A stretch of 64,000 nt of DNA from an uncultured Actinomycetota bacterium. Its GTDB lineage: Bacteria; Actinomycetota; Actinomycetes; JAHEKZ01. Below the pieces are notes generated by a model. The model made no database searches. It had not been told where the DNA came from and worked only from the letters and a program-made list of their open reading frames with translations. A program made the position numbers and the translations under genes. This document shows positions 53,382 through 64,000 of this stretch, one piece after another (position 1 is the first letter of the stretch; the number at the start of each line of letters is the position of its first letter). The DNA lies in assembly GCA_963829525.1 (NCBI GenBank), contig CAWHIJ010000003.1:672001-736000 (forward strand). Direction: 5' to 3'.

Positions 53382-56300
53382 GTGCTCGACGTCAACTACT
53401 TCGACGAACTGCGAATTGGTCTTGCAACTGCTGACGACATCCGTCAGTGGTCGCACGGTGAGGTGAAGAAGCCGGAGACCATCAACTACCGCACTCTCAA
53501 GCCGGAGAAGGACGGTCTCTTCTGCGAGAAGATCTTCGGGCCGACTCGCGACTGGGAGTGCTACTGCGGCAAGTACAAGCGCGTTCGCTTCAAGGGCATC
53601 ATCTGCGAGCGCTGCGGCGTCGAGGTCACCCGTGCCAAGGTGCGCCGTGAGCGGATGGGCCACATCGAGCTCGCCGCACCCGTTACGCACATCTGGTACT
53701 TCAAGGGCGTGCCGAGCCGGTTGGGATACCTGCTCGACCTTGCACCGAAGGATCTTGAGAAGGTCATCTACTTCGCGGCGTACATGATTACGTGGGTCGA
53801 CGAAGACTCTCGTCACCGCGATCTGCCGTCGCTGGAGACAAAGATCGGCCTCGAGCGCGAAAAGCTCGAGAAGAAGCGGGACTCCGACGTGGAGGCTCGA
53901 CAGAAGAAGCTCGAGACAGACCTGGCTGCTCTTGAAGCAGAGGGCGCCAAGGCCGACCAGCGGCGCAAGGTCCGCGAGTCAGCGGAGCGCGAGATGAACC
54001 AGATTCGCAAGCGCGCCGACCTTCAAATTGACCGAATCACTGCCGTCTGGGACCGCTTCAAGGGTCTGAAGGTTCAAGATCTCGAAGGCGACGAGATGCT
54101 GTACCGCGAGATGCGGGACCGCTTCGGCATGTATTTCAAGGGTGGCATGGGCGCTGCGGCGATCAAGGCGCGTCTTGAATCCTTCGGCCTCGAAGCCGAA
54201 GCTGAGCGACTGCGCGAGATCATCGCGACCGGCAAGGGCCAGAAGAAGACCCGCGCGCTCAAGCGCCTCAGGGTTGTCTCCGCCTTCCTGTCGACGCGCA
54301 ACAGCCCCATGGGCATGGTGCTAGATGCTGTCCCGGTGATTCCGCCGGACCTTCGCCCCATGGTTCAGCTCGACGGTGGCCGATTCGCCACTTCCGATCT
54401 CAACGACCTCTATCGCCGCGTGATCAACCGGAACAACCGGTTGAAGCGCCTTCTCGACCTCGGCGCCCCCGAGATCATCGTCAACAACGAGAAGCGCATG
54501 CTGCAAGAGGCCGTCGACGCTCTGTTCGACAATGGCCGTCGAGGACGACCTGTCACCGGTCCTGGTAACCGCGCCCTGAAGTCGCTGTCGGACATGCTCA
54601 AGGGCAAGCAGGGACGATTCCGCCAGAACCTCCTCGGCAAGCGCGTTGACTACTCGGGCCGTTCGGTCATCGTTGTCGGTCCACAGCTGAAGCTTCACCA
54701 GTGTGGCCTGCCCAAGCAGATGGCACTCGAGCTCTTCAAGCCCTTCGTCATGAAGCGGCTGGTCGACCTGTCACACGCTCAGAACATCAAGAGTGCAAAG
54801 CGCATGGTCGAGCGTCAGCGCCCCGTGGTGTGGGATGTTCTCGAAGAGGTCATTGCCGAGCACCCGGTGCTGCTGAACCGGGCACCGACACTCCACCGCC
54901 TCGGGATCCAAGCGTTCGAGCCACAGCTGGTCGAGGGCAAGGCCATCCAGATTCACCCGCTGGTCTGCACTGCCTTCAACGCCGACTTCGATGGTGACCA
55001 GATGGCGGTTCACCTGCCGCTTTCAGCAGAGGCGCAGGCCGAGTCCCGGATCCTCATGCTGTCGAGCAACAACATCTTGTCGCCGGCAGACGGTCGTCCG
55101 ATTGCTTCGCCGACGCAGGACATGGTGCTTGGCATCTACTTCCTCACCACCGACAAGCCCAAGGGCAAAGGCGCCGGAGAGGCTTTCTCTTCGATTTCTG
55201 AGGGCGTCATGGCTTTCGATCGGGGTCTGCTCGACATTCAGGCGCCCATCAAGTTGCGGCTCCGCGGGGTTGTGCCCTCGAACGAGGTCCACGCGCCTGA
55301 AGGTTGGAGCGAGGGCGAACCCCTCACTGTCGAGACGACACTCGGTCGTGCGCTGTTCAACGAGGCGTTGCCGGTTGACTATCCCTATGTCGACGCGCGC
55401 GTCGACAAGAAGCGTCTGTCGTCGATCGTCAACGACCTGGCTGAGCGCTACCCGAGAGTGACTGTCGCAGCCGTTCTCGACGCGCTCAAGGCAACGGGTT
55501 TCCACTGGGCAACGCGGTCCGGCGTCACGATCTCGATCGACGATGTCGTCACTCCTCCGAACAAGTCCACGATCATGGAGACCTACGAGACCAAGGCCGA
55601 AAAGGTTCAGAGCCAGTACGAAAAGGGCCTGATCACCAACGATGAGCGCCGTCAGGAGCTCATCGAGATCTGGACCCAGGCAACGAACGAGGTCTCGCGT
55701 CAGATGGAGATCAACTTCGTCGCGTCAGAGGCGAACCCGATCTGGATGATGGTCAACTCCGGCGCCCGCGGAAACATGATGCAGGTCCGACAGATCGCCG
55801 GTATGCGTGGACTGGTCGCCAACCCAAAGGGTGAGATCATCCCGCGGCCCATCAAGTCCAACTTCCGTGAGGGCCTGTCGGTGCTCGAGTACTTCATCTC
55901 CACGCACGGCGCCCGCAAGGGTCTGGCTGACACCGCGCTACGTACCGCTGACTCCGGTTACCTGACGCGGCGTCTGGTCGACGTCTCCCAGGACGTGATT
56001 GTGCGTGAGGAAGACTGCGGGACCGACCGGGGTCTCGTGCTGCCGATCGCCACGCAGGCGGCCGACGGAACCTGGCAAAAAGTCGAGTCCGTCGAGAACA
56101 GCATCTACTCACGTGCGCTCGCTGAGGATGTCGCAGGGCACAAGGACGCGAAGGCGACCACCCTGCTCGGCGACGTGCTGATCGATGCACTTGTCGCAGC
56201 TGGCGTGCACGAGGTGAAGGTCCGTTCGGTTCTCACTTGTGAGAGCAAGAAGGGGATCTGCGCCTTCTGCTACGGCCGTTCCCTGGCCACCGGAAAGCTC

Positions 56301-57248
56301 GTCGACGTGGGCGAAGCAGTCGGCATCATCGCGGCCCAGTCCATCGGTGAGCCGGGTACTCAGCTGACCATGCGGACCTTCCACACAGGTGGCGTGGCCG
56401 GTGAGGACATCACTCACGGTCTGCCGCGTGTGGTCGAGCTCTTCGAGGCCCGAACTCCCAAGGGCAACGCGCCGATCGCTGAGGCAACGGGCCGGATCCG
56501 CATCGAGGACTCCGAGCGTGAGCGCAAGATCGTCCTCGTTCCCGACGATGGCACCGACGAGTTCCCCTACAAGGTCAGCAAGCGTTCGCGTCTGCTGGTG
56601 GGTGAGGGTGACCATGTCGAGGTGGGCCAGCAGCTCATCGTCGGTGCGGTTGACCCGAAGACCGTGCTGAGGATTCTCGGTCCCCGCAGGGTGCAGGAGT
56701 ACCTCACTGCGCAGGTGCAGGAGGTGTACCGCAGTCAGGGCGTGCAGATCCACGACAAGCACATCGAGGTCATTGTCCGGCAGATGCTGCGTCGGGTCAC
56801 GATCATCGAATCTGGCGACTCCGACATGCTGCCGGGCGAGCTGGTCGAGCGTGCTCGATTTGAGACCGACAACCGTCGGATCGTCTCGGAGGCCGGTTCG
56901 CCGGCGTCTGGACGTCCGGAGCTGATGGGTATCACCAAGGCGTCGCTGGCGACCGAGTCATGGTTGTCGGCGGCCTCCTTCCAGGAGACGACGCGAGTAC
57001 TCACGGATGCGGCCATCCACGCCAAGTCCGACTCGCTGCTCGGCCTGAAGGAGAACGTCATCATCGGAAAGCTCATCCCGGCTGGAACCGGTCTTGCCCG
57101 CTACAGCAACGTGCGGGTCGAGCCAACCGAGGAGGCCAAGGCGGCGATGTACTCGATGGTCGGCTACGACGACTACGCCTATGGATTCGGTGCCAACTCC
57201 GGCGAGGCCGTACCACTGGAGGACTACGACATGGGTTACCGCGGCTAG
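53382..57248 (+). CDS. rpoC: RNA polymerase beta' subunit
   Basis: [20 protein letters not shown]...CERC Zn finger, QLTMRTFH. Confidence 0.99.
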   Translation: MLDVNYFDELRIGLATADDIRQWSHGEVKKPETINYRTLKPEKDGLFCEKIFGPTRDWECYCGKYKRVRFKGIICERCGVEVTRAKVRRERMGHIELAAPVTHIWYFKGVPSRLGYLLDLAPKDLEKVIYFAAYMITWVDEDSRHRDLPSLETKIGLEREKLEKKRDSDVEARQKKLETDLAALEAEGAKADQRRKVRESAEREMNQIRKRADLQIDRITAVWDRFKGLKVQDLEGDEMLYREMRDRFGMYFKGGMGAAAIKARLESFGLEAEAERLREIIATGKGQKKTRALKRLRVVSAFLSTRNSPMGMVLDAVPVIPPDLRPMVQLDGGRFATSDLNDLYRRVINRNNRLKRLLDLGAPEIIVNNEKRMLQEAVDALFDNGRRGRPVTGPGNRALKSLSDMLKGKQGRFRQNLLGKRVDYSGRSVIVVGPQLKLHQCGLPKQMALELFKPFVMKRLVDLSHAQNIKSAKRMVERQRPVVWDVLEEVIAEHPVLLNRAPTLHRLGIQAFEPQLVEGKAIQIHPLVCTAFNADFDGDQMAVHLPLSAEAQAESRILMLSSNNILSPADGRPIASPTQDMVLGIYFLTTDKPKGKGAGEAFSSISEGVMAFDRGLLDIQAPIKLRLRGVVPSNEVHAPEGWSEGEPLTVETTLGRALFNEALPVDYPYVDARVDKKRLSSIVNDLAERYPRVTVAAVLDALKATGFHWATRSGVTISIDDVVTPPNKSTIMETYETKAEKVQSQYEKGLITNDERRQELIEIWTQATNEVSRQMEINFVASEANPIWMMVNSGARGNMMQVRQIAGMRGLVANPKGEIIPRPIKSNFREGLSVLEYFISTHGARKGLADTALRTADSGYLTRRLVDVSQDVIVREEDCGTDRGLVLPIATQAADGTWQKVESVENSIYSRALAEDVAGHKDAKATTLLGDVLIDALVAAGVHEVKVRSVLTCESKKGICAFCYGRSLATGKLVDVGEAVGIIAAQSIGEPGTQLTMRTFHTGGVAGEDITHGLPRVVELFEARTPKGNAPIAEATGRIRIEDSERERKIVLVPDDGTDEFPYKVSKRSRLLVGEGDHVEVGQQLIVGAVDPKTVLRILGPRRVQEYLTAQVQEVYRSQGVQIHDKHIEVIVRQMLRRVTIIESGDSDMLPGELVERARFETDNRRIVSEAGSPASGRPELMGITKASLATESWLSAASFQETTRVLTDAAIHAKSDSLLGLKENVIIGKLIPAGTGLARYSNVRVEPTEEAKAAMYSMVGYDDYAYGFGANSGEAVPLEDYDMGYRG

Positions 57249-57265
57249 CCGCGGACCCGCACGCC

Positions 57266-57301
57266 AAGGCCCGGCGCTCCTCCGTGGAGTAGCCGGGCCT
57301 T
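57266..57301 (+). terminator. Hairpin after rpoC
   Basis: AAGGCCCGGC...GCCGGGCCTT stem. Confidence 0.6.
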
Positions 57302-57404
57302 CGCGCGTGATTCCCATGAAGGCGAGCCGATGGTCCGGGGTCATCAGTTCGTCGAGGAATCTCCCGGTGCTCGCAATTTGGCCACCTTGGGCAAGAATGA
57401 GCTG

Positions 57405-57827
57405 GTGACCGATTCGCCTGACTCCTCACTGCCTGACCCGACGGCATCGTCACGTGCAGCGCCGCCGACATCCCCACCAGTCCCACCAGTTCCGCCGGCC
57501 GCCGATCTGCCACCGGCTCTCGCGTACCCAGCCCAGGGAGAGCCCCCGGCCGTCCAGCCGCTTCTGGTCCCTCGAACCGAGGGAAGTGCGGTTGCTGCCC
57601 TGGTCTGCGCGATCCTCGCGTGGTTCGTCGTGCCGATCGTGCTGGCCATCGTTGCCCTGGTTCTTGCCAGAAGCGCGGAAAAGGCGATCGATGCGCGACC
57701 GACCGAGCTCTCCGGCAGGGGCCTGGTGACCGGCGCGCGGTGGGTGGCCTGGGTGCACCTGGTGCTGGTTGCGATGGTCGTGGCCTTCTTGGCAGCGTTC
57801 GCGATCGCGGTCTGGGTCGGCCGCTGA
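57405..57827 (+). CDS. DUF4190-like membrane protein with Pro-rich N-terminus
   Basis: RTEGSAVAALVCAIL...IVALVLA...ID......GRGLVTGA; two to three TM segments. Confidence 0.65.
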   Translation: MTDSPDSSLPDPTASSRAAPPTSPPVPPVPPAADLPPALAYPAQGEPPAVQPLLVPRTEGSAVAALVCAILAWFVVPIVLAIVALVLARSAEKAIDARPTELSGRGLVTGARWVAWVHLVLVAMVVAFLAAFAIAVWVGR

Positions 57828-57870
57828 CCGGCCAGCTGCATACTGTTCCCGGGTCGAGGAGGCCCCCGTT

Positions 57871-57900
57871 TTGACCGTTCGCGGGACCACTCGGTAGTCT
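57871..57900 (+). promoter_or_regulatory. Sigma-A promoter of the str operon
   Basis: TTGACC-18 nt-TAGTCT, same hexamers as the rplJ promoter. Confidence 0.7.
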
Positions 57901-58037
57901 CGTTCCCTGTGCCTGGGTCAGACCAGGCTGCCGTGCCTGCCCGCACGCCCCTCGTTCGTCCCGCACCATAGGTGTGGATCCAGCGGCGAGGATGCTCCAG
58001 GGCGCCGCATGGTCCCAAGTAACAGCCCTCATTCTGG

Positions 58038-58086
58038 GTGTTCGTGCTGTGCAGACAGCGCGACACACCCGGGCGCGGGGGTGGGA
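58038..58086 (+). promoter_or_regulatory. rpsL leader element shared with the rpsJ leader
   Basis: Hairpin GTGTTCGTGCTGT-GCAG-ACAGCGCGACAC continuing as ACCCGGGCGCGGGGGTGGGA. Confidence 0.55.
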
Positions 58087-58149
58087 GGTTCCATCCGGGC
58101 CCCCCGCGAATGACTTCTGTACGCGACGACGAACGGGAAAGACGCACCG

Positions 58150-58524
58150 GTGCCTACGATCCAGCAGTTGGTCCGCAAGGGCCGTCAGGACAAGGTCGAC
58201 AAGAGCAAGACGCCCGCGCTCAAGGGAAGCCCGCAGCGCCGCGGCGTCTGCACGCGCGTGTACACGACCACGCCGAAGAAGCCGAACTCCGCGCTCCGCA
58301 AGGTTGCTCGTGTGCGACTGACCTCCGGTATCGAGGTCACTGCGTACATCCCCGGCGTCGGCCACAACCTGCAGGAGCACTCGATCGTGCTCGTGCGTGG
58401 TGGCCGTGTTAAGGACCTCCCCGGTGTCCGCTACAAGATCATCCGCGGCGCGCTCGATACCCAGGGCGTGAAGAACCGCAAGCAGGCTCGTAGCCGTTAT
58501 GGCGCGAAGAAGGAGAAGAGCTAA
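58150..58524 (+). CDS. rpsL: 30S ribosomal protein S12
   Basis: [22 protein letters not shown]. Confidence 0.99.
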   Translation: MPTIQQLVRKGRQDKVDKSKTPALKGSPQRRGVCTRVYTTTPKKPNSALRKVARVRLTSGIEVTAYIPGVGHNLQEHSIVLVRGGRVKDLPGVRYKIIRGALDTQGVKNRKQARSRYGAKKEKS

Positions 58525-58994
58525 TGCCCCGCAAGGGCCCGGCCCCCAAGCACCCGGTCGTCGCCGACCCGGTCTACAACAGCCCCGTCGTCACCTCGGT
58601 GATCAACAAGATCCTGGTGGACGGCAAGCGCTCGACGGCGCAGAAGATCGTCTACGGCGCCCTCGAGGGCTGCCGCGCCAAGACCGGCACCGACCCGGTT
58701 GTCACGCTCAAGCGCGCACTCGACAACGTCAAGCCCACCCTCGAGGTGCGCAGCCGTCGCGTCGGTGGTGCTACCTACCAGGTACCCGTTGAGGTAAAGC
58801 CTGGTCGTAGCCACACGCTCGCCATTCGCTGGCTGGTGATGTATGCCCGACAGCGGCGTGAGAAGACGATGACCGAGCGCCTCATGAACGAGCTTCTTGA
58901 TGCCTCCAACGGCCTCGGCGCATCAGTGAAGCGTCGCGAGGACACCCACAAAATGGCTGAGTCCAACAAGGCGTTCGCCCACTACCGCTGGTAG
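58524..58994 (+). CDS. rpsG: 30S ribosomal protein S7
   Basis: [24 protein letters not shown]. Confidence 0.99.
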   Translation: MPRKGPAPKHPVVADPVYNSPVVTSVINKILVDGKRSTAQKIVYGALEGCRAKTGTDPVVTLKRALDNVKPTLEVRSRRVGGATYQVPVEVKPGRSHTLAIRWLVMYARQRREKTMTERLMNELLDASNGLGASVKRREDTHKMAESNKAFAHYRW

Positions 58995-59064
58995 GCCTTG
59001 CCGCTCTCGCGCAGCCCATCCCGGCACCCGCCCCTGATCGCATCAACCGACGGAGACCCCGACC

Positions 59065-61167
59065 GTGTCCACCGACACCGCTGCCGACCTGGCCAAGGTC
59101 CGCAACATCGGCATCATGGCGCACATCGACGCCGGAAAGACCACGACGACCGAGCGGATCTTGTTCTACACCGGCATCAACTACAAGATCGGTGAGGTCC
59201 ACGAGGGTGCGGCGACGATGGACTGGATGCCTCAAGAGCAGGAGCGTGGCATCACGATCACCTCGGCCGCGACCACCTGCGAGTGGGACGGCCACCTCAT
59301 CAACATCATCGACACGCCCGGCCACGTCGACTTCACCGTGGAGGTCGAGCGATCGCTGCGGGTCCTCGACGGTGCCGTCGCAGTGTTCGATGGAGTGGCA
59401 GGCGTTGAGCCTCAGAGCGAGACCGTCTGGCGCCAGGCCGACCGCTACAGCGTTCCTCGTATCTGCTTCGTCAACAAGCTCGATCGCACCGGGGCGGAGT
59501 TCCACCGCTGCGTCGACATGATCGAGAACCGGCTCGCCGCCGTCCCGCTCGTTCTGCAGATTCCGATCGGGGCAGAGGCCGACTTCCGCGGCCTCGTCGA
59601 TCTGATCGCCATGAAGGCCCTCGTCTGGCCGCCGGAGGCCGAAAAGGGCGAGATGTACAACATCGAGGAAATCCCCTCGACCCACGCCGAGGCAGCCCGC
59701 GACTGGCGGGACCGGCTGATCGAGACCATCTCCGAGGCCGACGACGAGATGATGGAGCTCTACCTCGAGGGAACAGCACCCACCGAGGAGCAGCTCATCG
59801 CGGCAATTCGTCGTGCCACCCTCGCAGCCAAGCTCACCCCAGTTCTGGCCGGATCGGCGTTCAAGAACAAGGGCGTCCAGCCCATGCTCGACGCCGTTGT
59901 CCGCTATTTGCCGAGCCCGCTGGACGTCGACGCAATCACCGGTCACGACGTGAAGGACGAGAGCCTCGAGATCGAGCGTCAGCCGAACGAGAACGAGCCG
60001 TTCTCTGCTCTGGCCTTCAAGATCATGAGCGACCCGCACCTGGGCAAGCTCACCTACATCCGCCTCTACTCCGGCACCCTTGAGACCGGCACATCGGTGC
60101 TCAACTCGACGAAGGGGCGCAAAGAGCGGATCGGCAAGATCTTTCAGATGCATGCCAACAAGCGGGAAGAGAAGCCGAACGCGGTTGCCGGCATGATCGT
60201 GGCCGTCATGGGACTGAAGGACACCACCACGGGCGACACGCTCTGTGACAACGCCAAGCCGGTGATCCTTGAGTCGATGACCTTCCCGGCCCCGGTCATC
60301 TCCGTCGCCATTGAGCCGAAGTCGAAGGCTGACCAGGAGAGGCTGGGTACTGCCATTCAGCGGCTCGCCGAGGAGGACCCCACCTTCCAGGTGCGCTCCG
60401 ACGAGGAGACCGGCCAGACGATCATCGCCGGTATGGGCGAGCTGCACCTTGAGGTGCTCGTCGACCGCATGAAGCGTGAGTTCCGCGTCGAGGCCAACGT
60501 CGGACGCCCGCAGGTCGCCTACCGCGAGACCATCACCGCAGTCGTCGACCGCATCGACTACACACACAAGAAGCAGACCGGTGGCTCTGGCCAGTTCGCC
60601 AAGGTGCAGATCAGCATGGAGCCCCTCGGCGCCGGCGAAGAGGCTGGCTACGAGTTCGAGAACAAGATCTCCGGTGGCCGCATCCCTCGCGAATACATCC
60701 CGAGCGTTGACGCCGGAGCCCAGGAGGCCATGGAGTACGGCGTCCTTGCCGGTTATCCCATGGTCGGTGTCAAGGTGACCCTGAAGGACGGGGCCTACCA
60801 CGACGTCGACTCCTCAGAGCTCGCGTTCAAGATCGCCGGTTCGATGGCATTCAAGGAAGGCGCCAAGCGCGCCAAGCCGGTGCTTCTCGAACCGATGATG
60901 TCCGTCGAGGTGATCACCCCAGAAGACTTCATGGGTGACGTCATCGGCGACCTCAACTCCCGCCGCGGACACATTTTGTCGATGGACGAGCGCTCAGGTT
61001 CGCGCATCGTCACGGCAACTGTTCCACTGTCGGAGATGTTCGGATACGTCGGCGACCTGCGCAGCAAGACGCAGGGCCGCGCGTCGTACTCGATGCAGTT
61101 CGACTCCTACGCCCAGGTCCCGAACAATGTGGCGACGGAGATTATCGCGAAGGCGCGAGGCGAGTAG
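59065..61167 (+). CDS. fusA: Elongation factor G
   Basis: [30 protein letters not shown]. Confidence 0.99.
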   Translation: MSTDTAADLAKVRNIGIMAHIDAGKTTTTERILFYTGINYKIGEVHEGAATMDWMPQEQERGITITSAATTCEWDGHLINIIDTPGHVDFTVEVERSLRVLDGAVAVFDGVAGVEPQSETVWRQADRYSVPRICFVNKLDRTGAEFHRCVDMIENRLAAVPLVLQIPIGAEADFRGLVDLIAMKALVWPPEAEKGEMYNIEEIPSTHAEAARDWRDRLIETISEADDEMMELYLEGTAPTEEQLIAAIRRATLAAKLTPVLAGSAFKNKGVQPMLDAVVRYLPSPLDVDAITGHDVKDESLEIERQPNENEPFSALAFKIMSDPHLGKLTYIRLYSGTLETGTSVLNSTKGRKERIGKIFQMHANKREEKPNAVAGMIVAVMGLKDTTTGDTLCDNAKPVILESMTFPAPVISVAIEPKSKADQERLGTAIQRLAEEDPTFQVRSDEETGQTIIAGMGELHLEVLVDRMKREFRVEANVGRPQVAYRETITAVVDRIDYTHKKQTGGSGQFAKVQISMEPLGAGEEAGYEFENKISGGRIPREYIPSVDAGAQEAMEYGVLAGYPMVGVKVTLKDGAYHDVDSSELAFKIAGSMAFKEGAKRAKPVLLEPMMSVEVITPEDFMGDVIGDLNSRRGHILSMDERSGSRIVTATVPLSEMFGYVGDLRSKTQGRASYSMQFDSYAQVPNNVATEIIAKARGE

Positions 61168-61256
61168 CCCCGGGCGACGCACCACCACAACTTCACCAAG
61201 AAGATCCAAGATTACGTCGAACGACGTAAGGCAAATCAGTCCAGAGGAGGACTCCA

Positions 61257-62450
61257 GTGGCGAAGGCCAAGTTCGAGCGGACCAAACCGCACGTCAACAT
61301 CGGCACCATTGGCCACATCGACCACGGTAAGACGACTCTGACCGCGGCGATCACCAAGGTGCTGCACGACAAGTACCCAGACCTCAACGAGGCCTCGGCG
61401 TTCGACCAGATTGACAAGGCTCCTGAGGAGCGCGAGCGCGGTATCACGATCTCGATCGCGCACGTCGAGTATCAGACCGAGGCACGCCACTACGCACACG
61501 TCGACTGCCCAGGGCACGCCGACTACATCAAGAACATGATCACCGGTGCTGCGCAGATGGACGGTGCGATCTTGGTGGTTGCAGCGACCGACGGCCCCAT
61601 GCCGCAGACCAAGGAGCACGTCCTCCTGGCCCGCCAGGTGGGTGTGCCCTCGATCGTCGTTGCGCTCAACAAGGCCGACATGGTCGACGACGAGGAGATC
61701 CTCGAGCTCGTCGAGCTCGAGGTCCGCGAGCTGCTCAGCGAGTACGAGTACCCCGGCGATGACATTCCGATCGTTCGGCTCTCGGCGCTGAAGGCCCTCG
61801 AAGGTGACGCAGAGTGGGGGGAGAAGATCCTCGAGCTCATGAACGCAGTCGACACGGCGATCCCAACCCCCGAGCGCGAGACCGAGAAGCCCTTCCTCAT
61901 GCCCGTCGAGGATGTCTTCACGATCACCGGTCGTGGCACCGTCGTCACCGGCCGTATCGAGCGCGGAATCGTCAAGGTCAACGAAGACGTCGAGATCGTC
62001 GGCATCAAGCCGGAGAGCACCAAGACCACGGTCACCGGCATCGAGATGTTCCGCAAGCTCCTCGACGAGGGCCAGGCCGGTGAGAACGTCGGTCTGCTCA
62101 TTCGTGGCATCAAGCGCGAGGACGTCGAGCGTGGCCAGGTTGTGGTGAAGCCCGGAACGACCACCCCGCACACCAACTTCGAGGCAAACGTCTACATCCT
62201 CTCCAAGGATGAGGGCGGCCGGCACACACCGTTCTTCAACAACTACCGTCCGCAGTTCTACTTCCGCACCACGGACGTCACCGGTGTTGTGACTCTTCCT
62301 GAGGGCACCGAGATGGTCATGCCGGGCGACAACACCGAGATGTCGGTCGAGCTGATCCAGCCCATCGCCATGGACGAGGGTCTGCGGTTCGCCATTCGTG
62401 AGGGTGGCCGCACCGTTGGCGCTGGTCGCGTGACCAAGATCAACAAGTAA
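61257..62450 (+). CDS. tuf: Elongation factor Tu
   Basis: [39 protein letters not shown]. Confidence 0.99.
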   Translation: MAKAKFERTKPHVNIGTIGHIDHGKTTLTAAITKVLHDKYPDLNEASAFDQIDKAPEERERGITISIAHVEYQTEARHYAHVDCPGHADYIKNMITGAAQMDGAILVVAATDGPMPQTKEHVLLARQVGVPSIVVALNKADMVDDEEILELVELEVRELLSEYEYPGDDIPIVRLSALKALEGDAEWGEKILELMNAVDTAIPTPERETEKPFLMPVEDVFTITGRGTVVTGRIERGIVKVNEDVEIVGIKPESTKTTVTGIEMFRKLLDEGQAGENVGLLIRGIKREDVERGQVVVKPGTTTPHTNFEANVYILSKDEGGRHTPFFNNYRPQFYFRTTDVTGVVTLPEGTEMVMPGDNTEMSVELIQPIAMDEGLRFAIREGGRTVGAGRVTKINK

Positions 62451-62638
62451 GGCACGATTTCGGTAATCCGCCCCCCATGGGGCATACTGTCCAGGTTGCT
62501 TGGGCAGGGGCTCAGGTTCAAAGAGCGTTGGTCGCAAGACTGACCAGGACCTAACGTCCCTGCCCGGCGCCCGGCACCAGCCGGGCTTCGAACCCCGTCT
62601 CTTTGGCGCAATCGCTGGAGGACGTCTGTGTGCGCAAA

Positions 62639-62666
62639 CGCGACACACCCGACCGCGGGGGTCGGA
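62639..62666 (+). promoter_or_regulatory. rpsJ leader element shared with the rpsL leader
   Basis: CGCGACACACCCGACCGCGGGGGTCGGA, 25/28 identical to 58059-58086. Confidence 0.55.
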
Positions 62667-62749
62667 GCCACGAGGCTCGCAGCGAGGCTGCGGGGCTTAC
62701 CGGCTAGCCACTAACGGCACTTACGAAGAGAAGGATTTCGGGAAACGAC

Positions 62750-63058
62750 ATGGCGGGACAGAAGATCCGCATCCGGCTGAAGGCGTATGACCATGAGGTC
62801 ATCGACTCATCGGCCCGGAAGATCGTTGAGACGGCCACCCGCACGGGTGCGCAGGTCGCCGGCCCTGTGCCGTTGCCGACGGAGAAGAATGTCTTTGTCG
62901 TCATCCGGTCGCCGCACAAGTACAAGGACAGCCGCGAGCACTTCGAGATGCGTACGCACAAGAGGCTCATCGACATCATCGACCCGACCCCGAAGACCGT
63001 CGATTCGCTCATGCGACTCGACCTTCCGGCCGGCGTCGACATCGAGATCAAGCTCTAA
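62750..63058 (+). CDS. rpsJ: 30S ribosomal protein S10
   Basis: [34 protein letters not shown]. Confidence 0.99.
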   Translation: MAGQKIRIRLKAYDHEVIDSSARKIVETATRTGAQVAGPVPLPTEKNVFVVIRSPHKYKDSREHFEMRTHKRLIDIIDPTPKTVDSLMRLDLPAGVDIEIKL

Positions 63059-63072
63059 AGGGACGCGGGACA

Positions 63073-63723
63073 ATGGGTAAGAACGTGAAGGGAATCCTGG
63101 GCGAAAAGCTGGGGATGACTCAGGTGTGGGACGAGGACAACAAGATCGTTCCAGTGACCGTCGTCAAGGCTGGCCCCTGCGTCGTGACGCAGGTGCGCTC
63201 CGCCGATGGCGACGGGTACTCCGCTGTCCAGCTCGGCTTCGGTGCCATCGACCCGCGCAAGGTGAACAAGCCTGCTGCAGGGCACTACGCCAAGGCCGGT
63301 GTCACGCCGCGCCGTCATCTGGTCGAGCTTCGCACCGACGACGCGTCTGAGTACACGCTCGGTCAAGAGCTCGGCCCGGACGTGTTCGAGGCGGGCCAGA
63401 TGGTCGACGTCGCCGGCACGTCCAAGGGCAAGGGCTTTGCTGGAACGATGAAGCGTCACAACTTCAAGGGAGTCAGCGCCAGCCACGGCTCGCACCGCAA
63501 CCACCGCAAGCCCGGGTCGATCGGCGCCGGATCAACTCCAAGCCGCGTCTTCAAGGGCCTGAAGATGTCTGGCCGCATGGGTGGCGAGTCGGTAACCCTG
63601 CAGAACCTCACTGTGCACGCCGTCGACACCGAGAATGGCTTGCTCCTGATCAGGGGCGCGATCCCCGGTTCCGTCGGCAGCCTCGTCTTCGTCAAGAGCG
63701 CAGCGAAGGGAGCCACCAAGTGA
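63073..63723 (+). CDS. rplC: 50S ribosomal protein L3
   Basis: [28 protein letters not shown]. Confidence 0.98.
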   Translation: MGKNVKGILGEKLGMTQVWDEDNKIVPVTVVKAGPCVVTQVRSADGDGYSAVQLGFGAIDPRKVNKPAAGHYAKAGVTPRRHLVELRTDDASEYTLGQELGPDVFEAGQMVDVAGTSKGKGFAGTMKRHNFKGVSASHGSHRNHRKPGSIGAGSTPSRVFKGLKMSGRMGGESVTLQNLTVHAVDTENGLLLIRGAIPGSVGSLVFVKSAAKGATK

Positions 63724-64000
63724 GCACCGTCGACGTCATCACCCCTGACGGCACCAAGAGCGGTACAGCTGAGCTGCCTGCCGAGATCTTCGAGGTCCAG
63801 GTCAACATCCCGCTGATCCACCAGGTCGTGGTCGGCCAGCTTGCCGCCGCTCGGCAGGGCACTGCGTCGACCAAGACTCGCGCTGAGGTGGCCGGCGGTG
63901 GCCGGAAGCCTTACCGCCAGAAGGGCACAGGGCGTGCTCGCCAGGGTTCGATTCGCGCACCGCAGTTCGTCGGTGGTGGCGTGGTTCATGGCCCGCAGCC
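63720..64000 (+). CDS. rplD: 50S ribosomal protein L4 (partial, runs off the window)
   Basis: Read by hand: [11 protein letters not shown]...[50 protein letters not shown]. Confidence 0.96.
   Translation, partial: MSTVDVITPDGTKSGTAELPAEIFEVQVNIPLIHQVVVGQLAAARQGTASTKTRAEVAGGGRKPYRQKGTGRARQGSIRAPQFVGGGVVHGPQ

Noticed and set aside
58882-62648. Long antisense ORFs over fusA and tuf (also over rpoB, SQR and rplJL)
   Set aside because: Shadow frames expected from high-GC codon bias; no recognisable motifs.

Overview
GC-rich actinobacterial chromosome segment, all of it recognisable as core or accessory bacterial genes. In order: a complete 14-gene complex I operon (nuoA-N); a polyprenyl diphosphate synthase; a small accessory block (six-Asp-box lipoprotein, orphan Imm-type superinfection-immunity membrane protein, rarD); korAB (2-oxoacid:ferredoxin oxidoreductase) divergent from a second, 'headless' complex I-like operon (nuoA,B,C,H,I,J,K,L,M,N, with no nuoD/E/F/G); htpX; a phytoene-desaturase-family flavoprotein behind a palindromic operator; an AT3-SGNH acyltransferase; yajQ; tRNA-Tyr/Thr/Met; rpmG; hadAB-like dehydratases; murB; add; a four-gene sulfur operon (SQR-like flavoprotein, DUF1641, TusE/DsrC-like, DsrE-like) behind a CsoR/CstR-type operator; aspC; tRNA-Trp; and the secE-nusG-rplKAJL-rpoBC-rpsLG-fusA-tuf-rpsJ-rplCD cluster. 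Several genes (nuoG, nuoH, nuoL2, the desaturase, nusG) carry single-base frameshifts, mostly +1, which look like sequencing errors. The best candidates for an undescribed system are the sulfide-oxidation/protein-persulfide-relay operon and the korAB-coupled headless complex I. No CRISPR array, rRNA, transposase or integrase was seen. All family assignments are by motif recognition by eye; no database search was run.
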